This document shows, piece after piece, positions 10,501-19,452 of a DNA stretch of 64,000 bases. Within the stretch, counting starts at the first letter, position 1. Each line of letters opens with the position of its first letter. The DNA comes from Thermodesulfobacteriota bacterium (lineage in GTDB: Bacteria > Desulfobacterota > Desulfarculia > JACQYL01), in assembly GCA_963675595.2 (NCBI GenBank), contig CAXXLZ010000002.1:1344001-1408000 (forward strand). Direction: 5' to 3'. The translations under genes were made by a program, and so were the position numbers. The notes under the pieces were generated by a model. The model was given only the letters and a program-made list of their open reading frames with translations. It was not told where the DNA came from and searched no databases.

Positions 10501-10576
10501 GGCAAATTTTCCTTTCTCGCCGAGAACGGACTCAATCCATGCCCCCCTGCGGACAATCCGCCGCTTCTTGGCACCT

Positions 10577-10699
10577 ATTTACGGGGTGTGCCGCAGCGGG
10601 ACGCCGGCACGGGGGGCACAGGGGAGATGGTGGGCCTTCGGCCGACTTTTGGGCAGGCACTATGGCCTGCCCCTACAATAGACCAGTCCCCCCGTGAAT
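10577..10699. repeat. REPIN-like element containing a GTAG REP
   Basis: ATTTACGGGG ... GGGCAGGCACTATGGCCTGCCCCTAC ... CCCCGTGAAT. Confidence 0.72.
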
Positions 10700-11032
10700 G
10701 ATTGCACTTCTTGATTGAATAGTGATCGTGGATTGCATTGGTTGGTGCATCATATAATACAAAATCATTTCCTCGCAATGGCTGTCGGCCCAAACATCCA
10801 CGACGGAAAGCCTGTCTTTCCATTTGTCGATGATCTCGGCGTGTCACTCTCTGAAGTGGACCCCTGAAACGGGACTACAGGTTAAGGGACTCTGACCCGA
10901 GGCGAAAAAAAGGGACACGAATGAATCCTCTTGGGCGGAAACCTCGGAAGAATCGCTCAAAAATGACGGGAAACCCCTATGGACAAACAGGGTGATTTCG
11001 GAGATATTCGAATTTGGAAAAATTCTTCCAGC

Positions 11033-11301
11033 TGTTCGCAGGATAGACGGGGAAACCTTTTGGAAAAGGTTTCCCCAGCCCCCTTCCCAAACCTCCTGAG
11101 CGGGTTGCTCGCTACCGCGTCGCAACCGGGGTGAGGGGGGCTTGGGAGACCGATTACCGGACGCATCAGGAACGGAGCCTTGGACAAGGGCGCCCCAGTC
11201 CGGAAATCCACTCATCGAGCCTCTCCGCCGAAGGCGGTGAAGCCTGCCTGAAACGTTCAAAGGGGGCGCAGGGAACTTGTCTAAAAGTTCCCCCCGTGAA
11301 T
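11033..11301. repeat. Composite REP mosaic
   Basis: GGGGAAACCTTTTGGAAAAGGTTTCCCC hairpin; modules shared with 20833, 25170 and 44774; CCGCCGAAGGCGG; CCCCGTGAAT end. Confidence 0.78.
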
Positions 11302-11625
11302 GAATACAACCGAAGAGGACCCGGAGCTCCTCGAAGGATACGACTTCACGAATGGAGTTCGCGGCAAATAGGCCGAGCGCTGTGCGGAAGGGACAAGCCT
11401 CCCAGCCGTTGATCCCGACGTGATGGCGTTCGTCCCGGATCATGAAGCGGATAATGAGGCGCTTCGCAGCTGGGCAAGAATCCTCAGAAGACAAAGAGCG
11501 ACCGATCAGAGGCACCTACAACGGCGTTCGTAAGGGCCACGCTTAATACCCGGGATAAGATGGCCGGACACCGTAGCTGTTTGTGAAGCGGCTTCACCGT
11601 GAAACCCAAATCGATGCTTTAATTG
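11300..11625 (+). pseudogene. Decayed BrnA-like antitoxin plus downstream segment (repeat copy 1)
   Basis: MNTTEEDPELLEGYDFTNGVRGK*AER..DPDV..NEALR has an internal stop; diverged direct repeat of 16839-17163. Confidence 0.65.
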
Positions 11626-12039
11626 CTATTCGTGAGACCCCAAATGCAGAGAGGTCACTTTGATCTCCCGGACTCGACACATGGGCTTGGTCGGTTTTTC
11701 CAGCGTAACAAGCTCATCCACAACAGCAACGGCAGCCGCACCGATATGAAGCGCATCCATCGGTGACATGTCGTATTTGGCCGCAAGGTCAAGCGCTTTT
11801 GCCGTCAACTCCGCGGTGGAGGGAACATTTTCGGCTTGAGCCAACACCGATTGCATGAATTCGATTTCTTCCCGTCGTCCATGAAATGTCGGCTTGGGCA
11901 GAATTTCGAGGCGGAGGTAATCGCTGACCACCAGAGTACGATCCGGATCGTCAAGGATATCCAATGCCTTGCGGGATGTGTTCTCTTCTCCTTGAAAGGC
12001 CGCTATGAGCAGGTTGGAGTCAACGTAGGTCCGTTTCAT
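11626..12039 (-). CDS. PIN-domain (VapC-like) ribonuclease toxin
   Basis: TYVDSNLLIAA, LRLEIL, MDALHIGAA and LVTLE acidic PIN motifs. Confidence 0.88.
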   Translation of the reverse strand: MKRTYVDSNLLIAAFQGEENTSRKALDILDDPDRTLVVSDYLRLEILPKPTFHGRREEIEFMQSVLAQAENVPSTAELTAKALDLAAKYDMSPMDALHIGAAAVAVVDELVTLEKPTKPMCRVREIKVTSLHLGSHE

Positions 12040-12391
12040 GATCTTCGAGTTCTCCCCGACGGCGCTTAACTTCTTCTAGTACCTCCCCCTCGCTGAGAAG
12101 GCGCATGCCCGAAGCAATCGCTTTCTTTCGAAGAGCTACGAGCCTCTTACCCAACGGTGTTCGCGGCGCGTATTCATCCCTCCAATCCGAAGGAACAACC
12201 TCGGTCGCTTGGGTCGTACTCCTTTCCCCGCCGACAGGATAGTCAAGATCAATCCATATGCAGAGCCGACCGTAGTCCGCCGCTGCTCGAAATTCATTCA
12301 AGCAGGCCCATGTTTCGGATGAAAGCGTCATCAACACCCCTGTGCTTGCTCGGCCGCTTAATTCGTCTGTTAAAGCCCAGGTGCGAGCCAT
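12020..12391 (-). CDS. Hypothetical protein, putative antitoxin
   Basis: Overlaps the PIN start and begins 4 nt after the upstream stop; C-terminus RTPLGKRLVALRKKAIASG..EEVKRRRG. Confidence 0.62.
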   Translation of the reverse strand: MARTWALTDELSGRASTGVLMTLSSETWACLNEFRAAADYGRLCIWIDLDYPVGGERSTTQATEVVPSDWRDEYAPRTPLGKRLVALRKKAIASGMRLLSEGEVLEEVKRRRGELEDHETDLR

Positions 12392-12395
12392 AGAC

Positions 12396-13148
12396 TCATC
12401 CTTCGTATTCAGGTCCCAGTTCAAAAATCGTTTCCGGTGCCATCAAATTGAAAAACATGATCTTGCACGCCAAGTGAACTTCATCGAGCCGTCGCTCCAA
12501 ATCATCCCAAGACTCGTTTTCATCCAGCGTTTTGATGGTATCGATGTCCACAAGAACACCCTTAAGCCGTTTCTCGTATCCTGGAGCAACAGCCTCCGCG
12601 GGAGAAACGATTTGAACGATATGTGTCAGATCGCGTTCCTTGATTTCCGTACGAAACTGAACCGGCTTCGTGTCAATTTCGTGCCCCCCCAAGTACAAAT
12701 TAAGATTCAGACAGCCAAGGCCAAGAGGCCGGTCCAACTCAATCAGGTCGATGTACTTCAGCGAAAACCGTTCCAACGTCTTAATCAACCCGGTATCCCG
12801 AACAGTCTTTGCGAGATTGCGAATGTCGGCGGAAAACTTCTTCCAACCCGAATACGGTCGGCGACAGCTGAAGGAAACAACGCGTTCGCCGATCTGAATC
12901 GCTTGGTTCCCTTCTTCCAGGCGGATTTTCGGCATATATCGCAGATTTCGGTCATGTTCGATCACCTGGATCGGAATATCCGCAGTAGGCAATCGTACAA
13001 CATCGGCAGCATGTTTCCCCGGCAAAGCGTTGAAAAGCATCCCGGGCATCAAGTCCGCAACAGACGGCTTGTTTCCCGAAAAGCGAAGCTCCCATACGGC
13101 TTCAAGCAGCGGTTCCCTCTTGAGTCTAACTGGGATTCTCTTGTTCAT
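12396..13148 (-). CDS. TIGR04255-family protein
   Basis: N-terminal L..EPLLEAVWELRF, then Y.GW..F, RFSLKYID and VLVDID..LH..F signatures. Confidence 0.8.
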   Translation of the reverse strand: MNKRIPVRLKREPLLEAVWELRFSGNKPSVADLMPGMLFNALPGKHAADVVRLPTADIPIQVIEHDRNLRYMPKIRLEEGNQAIQIGERVVSFSCRRPYSGWKKFSADIRNLAKTVRDTGLIKTLERFSLKYIDLIELDRPLGLGCLNLNLYLGGHEIDTKPVQFRTEIKERDLTHIVQIVSPAEAVAPGYEKRLKGVLVDIDTIKTLDENESWDDLERRLDEVHLACKIMFFNLMAPETIFELGPEYEG

Positions 13149-13295
13149 GCCCTTGTCCTTTGTCGGGACTCCGCTTTCTTCGGAAACCCGCCCTCTATTC
13201 TCAGGAAAGAGGACATCACGCTCACGGACAACTTCGAGTCCATGGTCGACCCACCGGACTTCCTCTCACAAAGCCATAGCATCCGGTCGCTTGAC

Positions 13296-13304
13296 ATTAT
13301 AGCA
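13296..13304 (-). promoter_or_regulatory. Extended -10 promoter for the three-gene operon
   Basis: TGCTATAAT on the minus strand. Confidence 0.5.
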
Positions 13305-13384
13305 AAATAAATCGCAGGCATTCACGGTGGGGGGATTTTTTTATTTATTTATCGGGGGAAACTTTCGAGAAAGTTTCCTATGTG

Positions 13385-13605
13385 GCCTCAAGTCAAGCCG
13401 GAATTGGATAACCGTTTCCTATTCGCGCCCGAAGCGCCAAGTACACATGCGATGTAGAAGCGAAGATGCCGCCATTTCCCCAGCGCTACCGATGCAGCCA
13501 AACTTTATCGCGGCCGTCTCCGCTTTTTTCTCCCGGCTTGAGGCTCGGGACCCACCTCAAGTATGGGTCCCGAGCCGGTTGGGTTCTCCTAAACAAGTCC
13601 TAACC
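13385..13605 (-). ncRNA. Putative bridge/seek RNA of the IS1111 element
   Basis: Structured region with two guide pairs, each split by a small hairpin: AAAGUUU / GGGGAAA (target) and GUACUU / AUAGGAAA (donor). Confidence 0.7.
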
Positions 13606-13608
13606 GGC

Positions 13609-14697
13609 TCATGCTTGGTCCGCTTGGAGACGAAATTCATAGGTCCGTTTTTCCATGGTCAATCGCCATAGAACAACGGCCAGTTTCCGTGCCAACGCAC
13701 AAATGGCCTTTTGTGGAAGGCCCGTTCGCGACAGGAGTTTTCGATAATGCGAATCAATGGCCGGATCCCTGGACTTCCACGTCCAGGCCGCCTCCACCAA
13801 CAGACTCCGCAGTCGCGTCTGACCCACGGGAGGAAGCGCCACTCGAGATTTCCGCTCTCCGCTTTGTCTTACCAACGGTGCGAGTCCCAGATAGCTGGTC
13901 ACTTCCTCCACCCGATGGAACCGACTCGGGCGAAACAATTCCAGGAGGAAGGTAGCCGCTGTGATGGGACCCACCCCGGGGACGCTTCGAAGGCATCGCA
14001 TTTCCTCAAAGTGTTCAGGTTTCTCGCACACACTGGAAGTCCTTTCCTCCATGAAGGCTTTTTCCTTTGTGAGGAAATTCAACTCACGGAGCAAGCTGAG
14101 CAGCGTCGCTTTGGCCTCCTTCGGCAGACGAAGCTTTCGAAGTTGCGCCACAGCGCTTCGGCCCCAATGATTGAGCCCGGGAGGCGCCTCCACACCGTGA
14201 AACAGCAGAAGGGATTGAATTCTCTGCTTAACGCGTCGAGTGCCGTCGGCCAGATCGTGCCGACGGCGAATTACGCTGCGTTCGGCCTCCTCTTCCTCCG
14301 TGGGAACGGCGATGGACTTCAATATCCCTCGGGCGGCATGGTCCGCCAACCGCATGCAATCCAGGCGGTCGGTCTTGGCCCCCGCAGTCACCGGCCTAGG
14401 GACCCGACTCGGCGCCACCACGATCACGCTGAACCCGGCTTTGGCCAAAGTGCGCGCAAGGCCGAAGCCGGTGGGCCCCGCTTCGTAGGCTACGGCTCGG
14501 ATGCGCCTCAAGTGGGGGAGCAACATGGCCACGATGGCCTCCGGAGAGGCCGAGGACACAAAAGTCTTCACCTCGCCGTCGCTGCGAAGCACGGCCACGT
14601 GGTAGCTCTTTTTGTGTACGTCGATCCCGACGTGGAAATCACGGTCGATATCCAGCTCCAAAAACTTGGCCAATTCTGTTACTTTCGTTGCTACCAT
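13609..14697 (-). CDS. IS110-family DEDD recombinase/transposase
   Basis: VGIDVHK, YEAGPTGF, KTDRLD, SVPGVG and YLGLAP..QSG motifs; RBS AAGGAG. Confidence 0.93.
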   Translation of the reverse strand: MVATKVTELAKFLELDIDRDFHVGIDVHKKSYHVAVLRSDGEVKTFVSSASPEAIVAMLLPHLRRIRAVAYEAGPTGFGLARTLAKAGFSVIVVAPSRVPRPVTAGAKTDRLDCMRLADHAARGILKSIAVPTEEEEAERSVIRRRHDLADGTRRVKQRIQSLLLFHGVEAPPGLNHWGRSAVAQLRKLRLPKEAKATLLSLLRELNFLTKEKAFMEERTSSVCEKPEHFEEMRCLRSVPGVGPITAATFLLELFRPSRFHRVEEVTSYLGLAPLVRQSGERKSRVALPPVGQTRLRSLLVEAAWTWKSRDPAIDSHYRKLLSRTGLPQKAICALARKLAVVLWRLTMEKRTYEFRLQADQA

Positions 14698-15223
14698 GTT
14701 GGTCTCCTTTCTGTTTGGGTGATGCTCCATCATAACGATCGAGCACCTGAGGCCAACATGGTATTTCCCCCGGTCCCCTTTCAAAGCGTTTTGAGATTGC
14801 CTCACCGCCTTCGGCGGAGAGGCTGAGGGGGAAATAGGGTTGCTCGCTGATTTCCAGCGTCCTTTGATTTGCTGAATCGGCAAGAACGAGCAGCATGTCC
14901 GTCCAACCTATTAAAATACCTAACGTTTTTCGGAAGGAGCCCGAGGGAGCCCTTTTTTCAAAAAGGGTTCCCTCGGATACCCCTCTGAATGCTCACAATA
15001 AATCTTCCCCGCAGTGGTGAAAAGGGCCGGGGTTGATTTTGTGCTTCTATCCTTCAGCGGACAAACCACGATCCGAAGCAATCCGTCCGCCCCTGCCGCC
15101 GGCCCGGCTGTTTCCCGGGAATGACCATTGCCTCCCCATCCGGGTCGAACCATTGCGCAACGTGTTTGGCCAACCGGTCCAACCGGAATGTGTCAATGAA
15201 AATGAGACACCTGTTTTCAGAAA

Positions 15224-16219
15224 TTAGACTCTCACGTCATCGCTCGACGGTTTGTTGATCCACGCGGCCTTGGGCAATTTTGGCGGCTGTGGCACCTTTC
15301 CTTTGAAACGGTTGGGGTTGCTCCGGAAGGCAGCCCGAAGAACTTGGCTGCGACACGCTACAATGTCCTGGGCGAGTCCGTAATGGAGCTGTTCGGGTGT
15401 GACCAACCCGATGCCTGAATGCCGATGCTCGGGGTTGTACCAGGAGAAGAACTCCCGGCAGAAAGACCGGGCATCCTGGATTGATCCAAACCGTTTCGGG
15501 AATTTCGGGCAATACTTGAGGGTTTTAAACTGCGCCTCCGAGTAGGGGTTATCATTGCTGACATAGGGTCGGCTGTGGGTCTTGGTCACTCCAAGGTCTC
15601 CCATGAACTCGGCTACGGACTTCGCTTTCATCGCCGGGCCTCGATCCGCATGGATGATGAGTTGGCCGGACTTGATATCCTGCTTGAAGCACGTCTCTTC
15701 GATGAGTTGCCTGGCCAAAGCGGCGCTTTCCCGATGGGCCACCATCCAGCCGACCACGTAGCGGCTGAAGATGTCCATGATCACGTAAAGATGGAAATAG
15801 GTCCACTTCACAGGCCCTTTTAGCTTCGTAATATCCCAGGACCACACTTTGTTGGGTCCGGTCGCAAGCAACTCGGGCTTTTTATAGACAGGCCGCCGCG
15901 CCTGCTTTCTTCGCTCTTTGACATCACCGGATTCCGCTTTGAGAATCCGGTACATGGTCCGGATAGAGCAGTAGTACTGTCCTTCATCGAGCAAGACGGC
16001 AAAGACCTGACGGGGAGCATCATCCTGAAAACGGGAGCTGTTAAGCAGATCGACCACGGTTTCCCGCTCCTGGGGGTTCAGAGCCAAGGGAGGCGCCGGC
16101 CGAGGTGTGCGGGCCGCCGCCGGCTTCAGGCGGCGATAGAAACTCGCACGGGGCAGGCCCATGGCTCCACATGCCTGCACGGTTCCCACCTCGGTGCGCA
16201 GCTCCATCGCCGCGCTCAT
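15224..16219 (-). CDS. IS3-family transposase OrfB (rve integrase core)
   Basis: WSWDIT, HADRG and DNPYSEAQFKTLK DDE motifs. Confidence 0.92.
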   Translation of the reverse strand: MSAAMELRTEVGTVQACGAMGLPRASFYRRLKPAAARTPRPAPPLALNPQERETVVDLLNSSRFQDDAPRQVFAVLLDEGQYYCSIRTMYRILKAESGDVKERRKQARRPVYKKPELLATGPNKVWSWDITKLKGPVKWTYFHLYVIMDIFSRYVVGWMVAHRESAALARQLIEETCFKQDIKSGQLIIHADRGPAMKAKSVAEFMGDLGVTKTHSRPYVSNDNPYSEAQFKTLKYCPKFPKRFGSIQDARSFCREFFSWYNPEHRHSGIGLVTPEQLHYGLAQDIVACRSQVLRAAFRSNPNRFKGKVPQPPKLPKAAWINKPSSDDVRV

Positions 16220-16707
16220 GAACTGCTCCCGTCGTCGTCCAGGTCCGGCTGAGCGATCCCCAGTATCTCCGAGATTTTTTTTTGAACTTCGATGATGGTT
16301 CGCGCCTGTTTCAGTTGATTCTCGAGACGGCGGTTCTCCCTTTCAAGCCGGGCCACCCGCTCTGCCATAGGGTTCTTCTGCTTGGGCTTCCGGCCTCGCT
16401 TCTTTGGCCCAAGCGCCCTCAACTGCCCCTGGTCACGTTGTCTACGCCATGTCGCCAGACTCGAAGAATACAGGCCTTCTCGCCGAAGTAGAGCCCCGAG
16501 CCGGCCCGGTTCAGTACACGCATCGGCTTCCTCCAGGATTCTCAGCTTGTACCGGGCTGTAAATCTGCGACGAGGCTTCTTCTCTGGAACCTCCGGGTCG
16601 GGGACCGTGACGTGCTTCCCGATCGTGGTAACTCCGGTCGTCCTACGGACTCCCTCCGTTACCACGATTCCCTCATCCGGATTCTCTTTCTCTCTGTGCC
16701 TCATCAT
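16216..16707 (-). CDS. IS3-family transposase OrfA
   Basis: RRRFTARYKLRIL..LRREGLYSS HTH region plus a leucine zipper; overlaps OrfB (ATGA). Confidence 0.88.
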   Translation of the reverse strand: MMRHREKENPDEGIVVTEGVRRTTGVTTIGKHVTVPDPEVPEKKPRRRFTARYKLRILEEADACTEPGRLGALLRREGLYSSSLATWRRQRDQGQLRALGPKKRGRKPKQKNPMAERVARLERENRRLENQLKQARTIIEVQKKISEILGIAQPDLDDDGSSS

Positions 16708-16772
16708 GCTCCATCTCCTACCCGCCCTACACTAATTTATCAACGGGTAGGTGTCTCACTCTCATTGGCACA

Positions 16773-17163
16773 GAGGGAACGGGTACCCTGTTCGTATCAT
16801 CAGGACCAAGCCGGCGACAAGCGAAGGAAAACTCCGTCATGAAGAAAACCGAAGAGGACCCGGACCTCCTCGAAGAATACGACTTCACGGATGGGGTCCG
16901 CGGCAGGTATGCCGATCGCTATGCCGAAAGGACAAACCTCGTAGCACGTTGATCCCGACCTGATGGCGTTCTTTCCGGATCATGAAGCGGTTGATGAGCC
17001 GCTTCGCGGCTTGGCAAAAATCATCGGAAAACAAAGAGAGGCCGAGCAGAGGCATCCAAGGGCGTTCGTAAGGGCCACACGTAACGCCCGGGCTAAGATG
17101 GCCGGGCACCATAGCTGTTTGTGAACAGGCTACAGCGTGAAGCGCAAATCGATGCTCTAATTG
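16773..17163 (+). pseudogene. Decayed BrnT 3' end plus frameshifted BrnA-like antitoxin (repeat copy 2)
   Basis: VRIIRTKPAT..HEE resembles the BrnT motif RIISARKAT; MKKTEEDPDLLEEYDFTDGVRGRYADRY is followed by a frameshift. Confidence 0.62.
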
Positions 17164-17220
17164 ATATGCTGTTTCCCGATTACGCAGGAGTTCGTACTTG
17201 GCCGGGAGAGCCGAAGTTGT

Positions 17221-18522
17221 TTACATCGCCCTCATATCGCGATCTAGCGAAGCCAGAATTCCAAGAAGGTCATCATACGTCATGCATTCGATGGCGCCAC
17301 GATCTTGCCACTTAAACCTTCTAATCTTTTCAGAATCATGCCCTTTATTACGACCCGCTATTACAATACCTTTAATCTTCGTGACTTCTTGGTCTCTGAG
17401 TCCAAGGCAATCAAGAACAGCCCCTCGATGTTTCTCATATAAGAAAAGCCAGTCTCGAACCTGACTAATGGCGTGTTCCATTTCAGCACTCGTTGCACCG
17501 TCTTTGCGTATTAGACGTATCCCAGGTCGCTCTATTTCAACCAGAGTCAGAACCCCGCTACTGTCCAAACTTGCGAAATCAGCTTTATACTTTGAAAGAA
17601 TTGCAGGCTTCTCATAGAGGCGAAGTGGATATAGAAAATGAAAAACGATTGGATTATTTTCTAAGAACTGCTGAATGTCCTCTTCTTTTGGGTTGGCATT
17701 AATAATTTTCGACAATTCCATTGATATATTATCGATAACTCTACGTTCATAAAGAGCCGTAACACTAAGATTACCAATGGTAATATCGTTATTACCCAGC
17801 AATGTATGCATATTATTTCTAAGAATATTCAACGGAAACACAGTCTTACCACACCTGCATTTGAATGCTTCCGGCACATCCTGGTACCAAACAAGTCCAT
17901 CTTCTACTTCGGCTGGCTTTTCTAGTGCAGCAATGACCTTCATTTTTGTATCGCAATATTTACACCCCAAATTCAATCGTACTGCTTTTATTGCTTTTGG
18001 GTCGCTTTTTATGGCTGAAACACGATCATGCGTTAAAGCTTGTGATTTAGCTAGGGCAAATACTAATTTACCTATAGAGGTATTAATGCCATCTTCTATA
18101 TAATAGAGACTCAACTTCTGTGGTTCTGTCAATATAACTCCGCTCAATCTTACCAACAATATTGTCCAGCAAGGCTCATCGCTAATCGATACAATGGTGA
18201 ATGAGGCAGGATTGTTAGCCTGTTCGTCTCCTTCATTGAGCTGCTCAACGTCTGATGATATAGAAATATCAGCTCGGAAGATTGGGTTATCAGTCCTGTC
18301 ACGTAAAACTATGGCGATAGGTTTTGAGAGTTCGATCCCGAAAACTGCGAGTACAAGATGGTAAGCTGATGCATCAAACGGATATATATAGGGGAGTACA
18401 ACTTTCCGAAGCCCCAAAATATCAAGCTGTGAAAGTGACGGAGGATTTCCTTGCTCAAATCTAGCTCTATGGCAAATCCCTAACAGTGCAATTCTTGGTA
18501 CTACAAGTTGACTATTTGGCAT
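17221..18522 (-). CDS. sduA: Shedu-type anti-phage nuclease (C-terminal DUF4263)
   Basis: EEDIQQFLENNP, ADF, LVEIERP, AISQVRDW, IAGR and MTYDDLL motifs; AT-rich relative to its flanks. Confidence 0.82.
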   Translation of the reverse strand: MPNSQLVVPRIALLGICHRARFEQGNPPSLSQLDILGLRKVVLPYIYPFDASAYHLVLAVFGIELSKPIAIVLRDRTDNPIFRADISISSDVEQLNEGDEQANNPASFTIVSISDEPCWTILLVRLSGVILTEPQKLSLYYIEDGINTSIGKLVFALAKSQALTHDRVSAIKSDPKAIKAVRLNLGCKYCDTKMKVIAALEKPAEVEDGLVWYQDVPEAFKCRCGKTVFPLNILRNNMHTLLGNNDITIGNLSVTALYERRVIDNISMELSKIINANPKEEDIQQFLENNPIVFHFLYPLRLYEKPAILSKYKADFASLDSSGVLTLVEIERPGIRLIRKDGATSAEMEHAISQVRDWLFLYEKHRGAVLDCLGLRDQEVTKIKGIVIAGRNKGHDSEKIRRFKWQDRGAIECMTYDDLLGILASLDRDMRAM

Positions 18523-19261
18523 TTCATTCCTACGGTGCGCTCAAGAGCGATAGATGAGACTTAACCCCTTTGGGTTCGAATTTAGCCTATGATCATCCGG
18601 TCTTCTTGGGATAACTGATCTATTATGACTTTGCCTCATATCTTGTCTTGCTGCTGACCCCATCAATGGTTCCACTCAAAAGTGTAGAGTGAACATGATT
18701 TGATGGTTGTTAATCGGGGGATATCATACTGATTGTTTTAGGATGCGATCCTCCCGTGTCTTGTGAAACCACCCAACACGCCCAACATTCCTTGCAGTCG
18801 GATGTAACCGCACAGTTTTTCGGCCGACCTGTCCAAGGAGGAGCCGTTTCACGGTGAAAGCCCCTCCGCTTCCTCCACTTCACCCCCCCATTTACACCGA
18901 AAACGACGGGTATCGTCAATTGGGAATCCCCGTCATTTTTGCATGCTTCCCGCCAAACTCATCTTTGACAGTTGCATCGCATACGGCGCTCAAGCCTCGC
19001 CCCCTGACTCCTTCTCGACTGCGTTCCTCCTACCGCTATCCCTAAGAACATTTCATTTTTTGTTCGATTCCCGCATGTTACGCCAGGCGGCCATGATCGC
19101 TCACCCCTTTTCTCGTCTCTCCCACCGCCGGCTCAACGATCAAAACCACCAAAAAGCAAACCCCGCCCCGGACTCTTTCTGAACTCCACTCTCTCTTCCT
19201 CCATCCACAAAGCCCATTACACATTTGTAATCCCTGTACCTCTGTTGAGATTGCCCCAAAA

Positions 19262-19283
19262 TCGTCAAGAAGTCGTCACAACA
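19262..19283 (+). promoter_or_regulatory. Putative Pho box
   Basis: TCGTCAAGAAG-TCGTCACAAC direct repeat with 11-bp period upstream of pstS. Confidence 0.45.
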
Positions 19284-19452
19284 ACCCACATGGAAGGGAA
19301 TAGAGTGTCTTGCCGGCAAGATTTCGGCACAGCGAGGAATGAAAGTGCTCATGAACCCGTAGCCCCCGAATCCGCCGCGAGCCCACCATCCCACTGCCGT
19401 GGATGGTTCTCCAATACGGTAACACTTCAATATCAAACGAAAGAGGGAGAAA

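Larger units (their letters stand above)
13379..14768 (-). mobile_element. IS110-family (IS1111-type) insertion sequence
   Basis: Sub-terminal inverted repeats (TGGCCTCAaGT / TGGCCTCAgGT); TTTCC core at both junctions; long non-coding end downstream of the transposase. Confidence 0.88.
13320..14990. repeat. ATTCA-footed REP mosaic split by IS110
   Basis: ATTCACGG start; hairpin GGGGGAAACTTTCGAGAAAGTTTCC|CCC is restored when the IS is removed; ends CCCCTCTGAAT. Confidence 0.78.
15189..16772 (-). mobile_element. IS3-family insertion sequence
   Basis: TIR TGTGtCAATGAaAaTGAGACACCT / TGTGcCAATGAgAgTGAGACACCT; no TSD visible. Confidence 0.88.

Noticed and set aside
10852-10890. TGAAGTGGACCCC.. 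resembling an isolated IS3 end
   Set aside because: No partner end or transposase nearby; too short to support.
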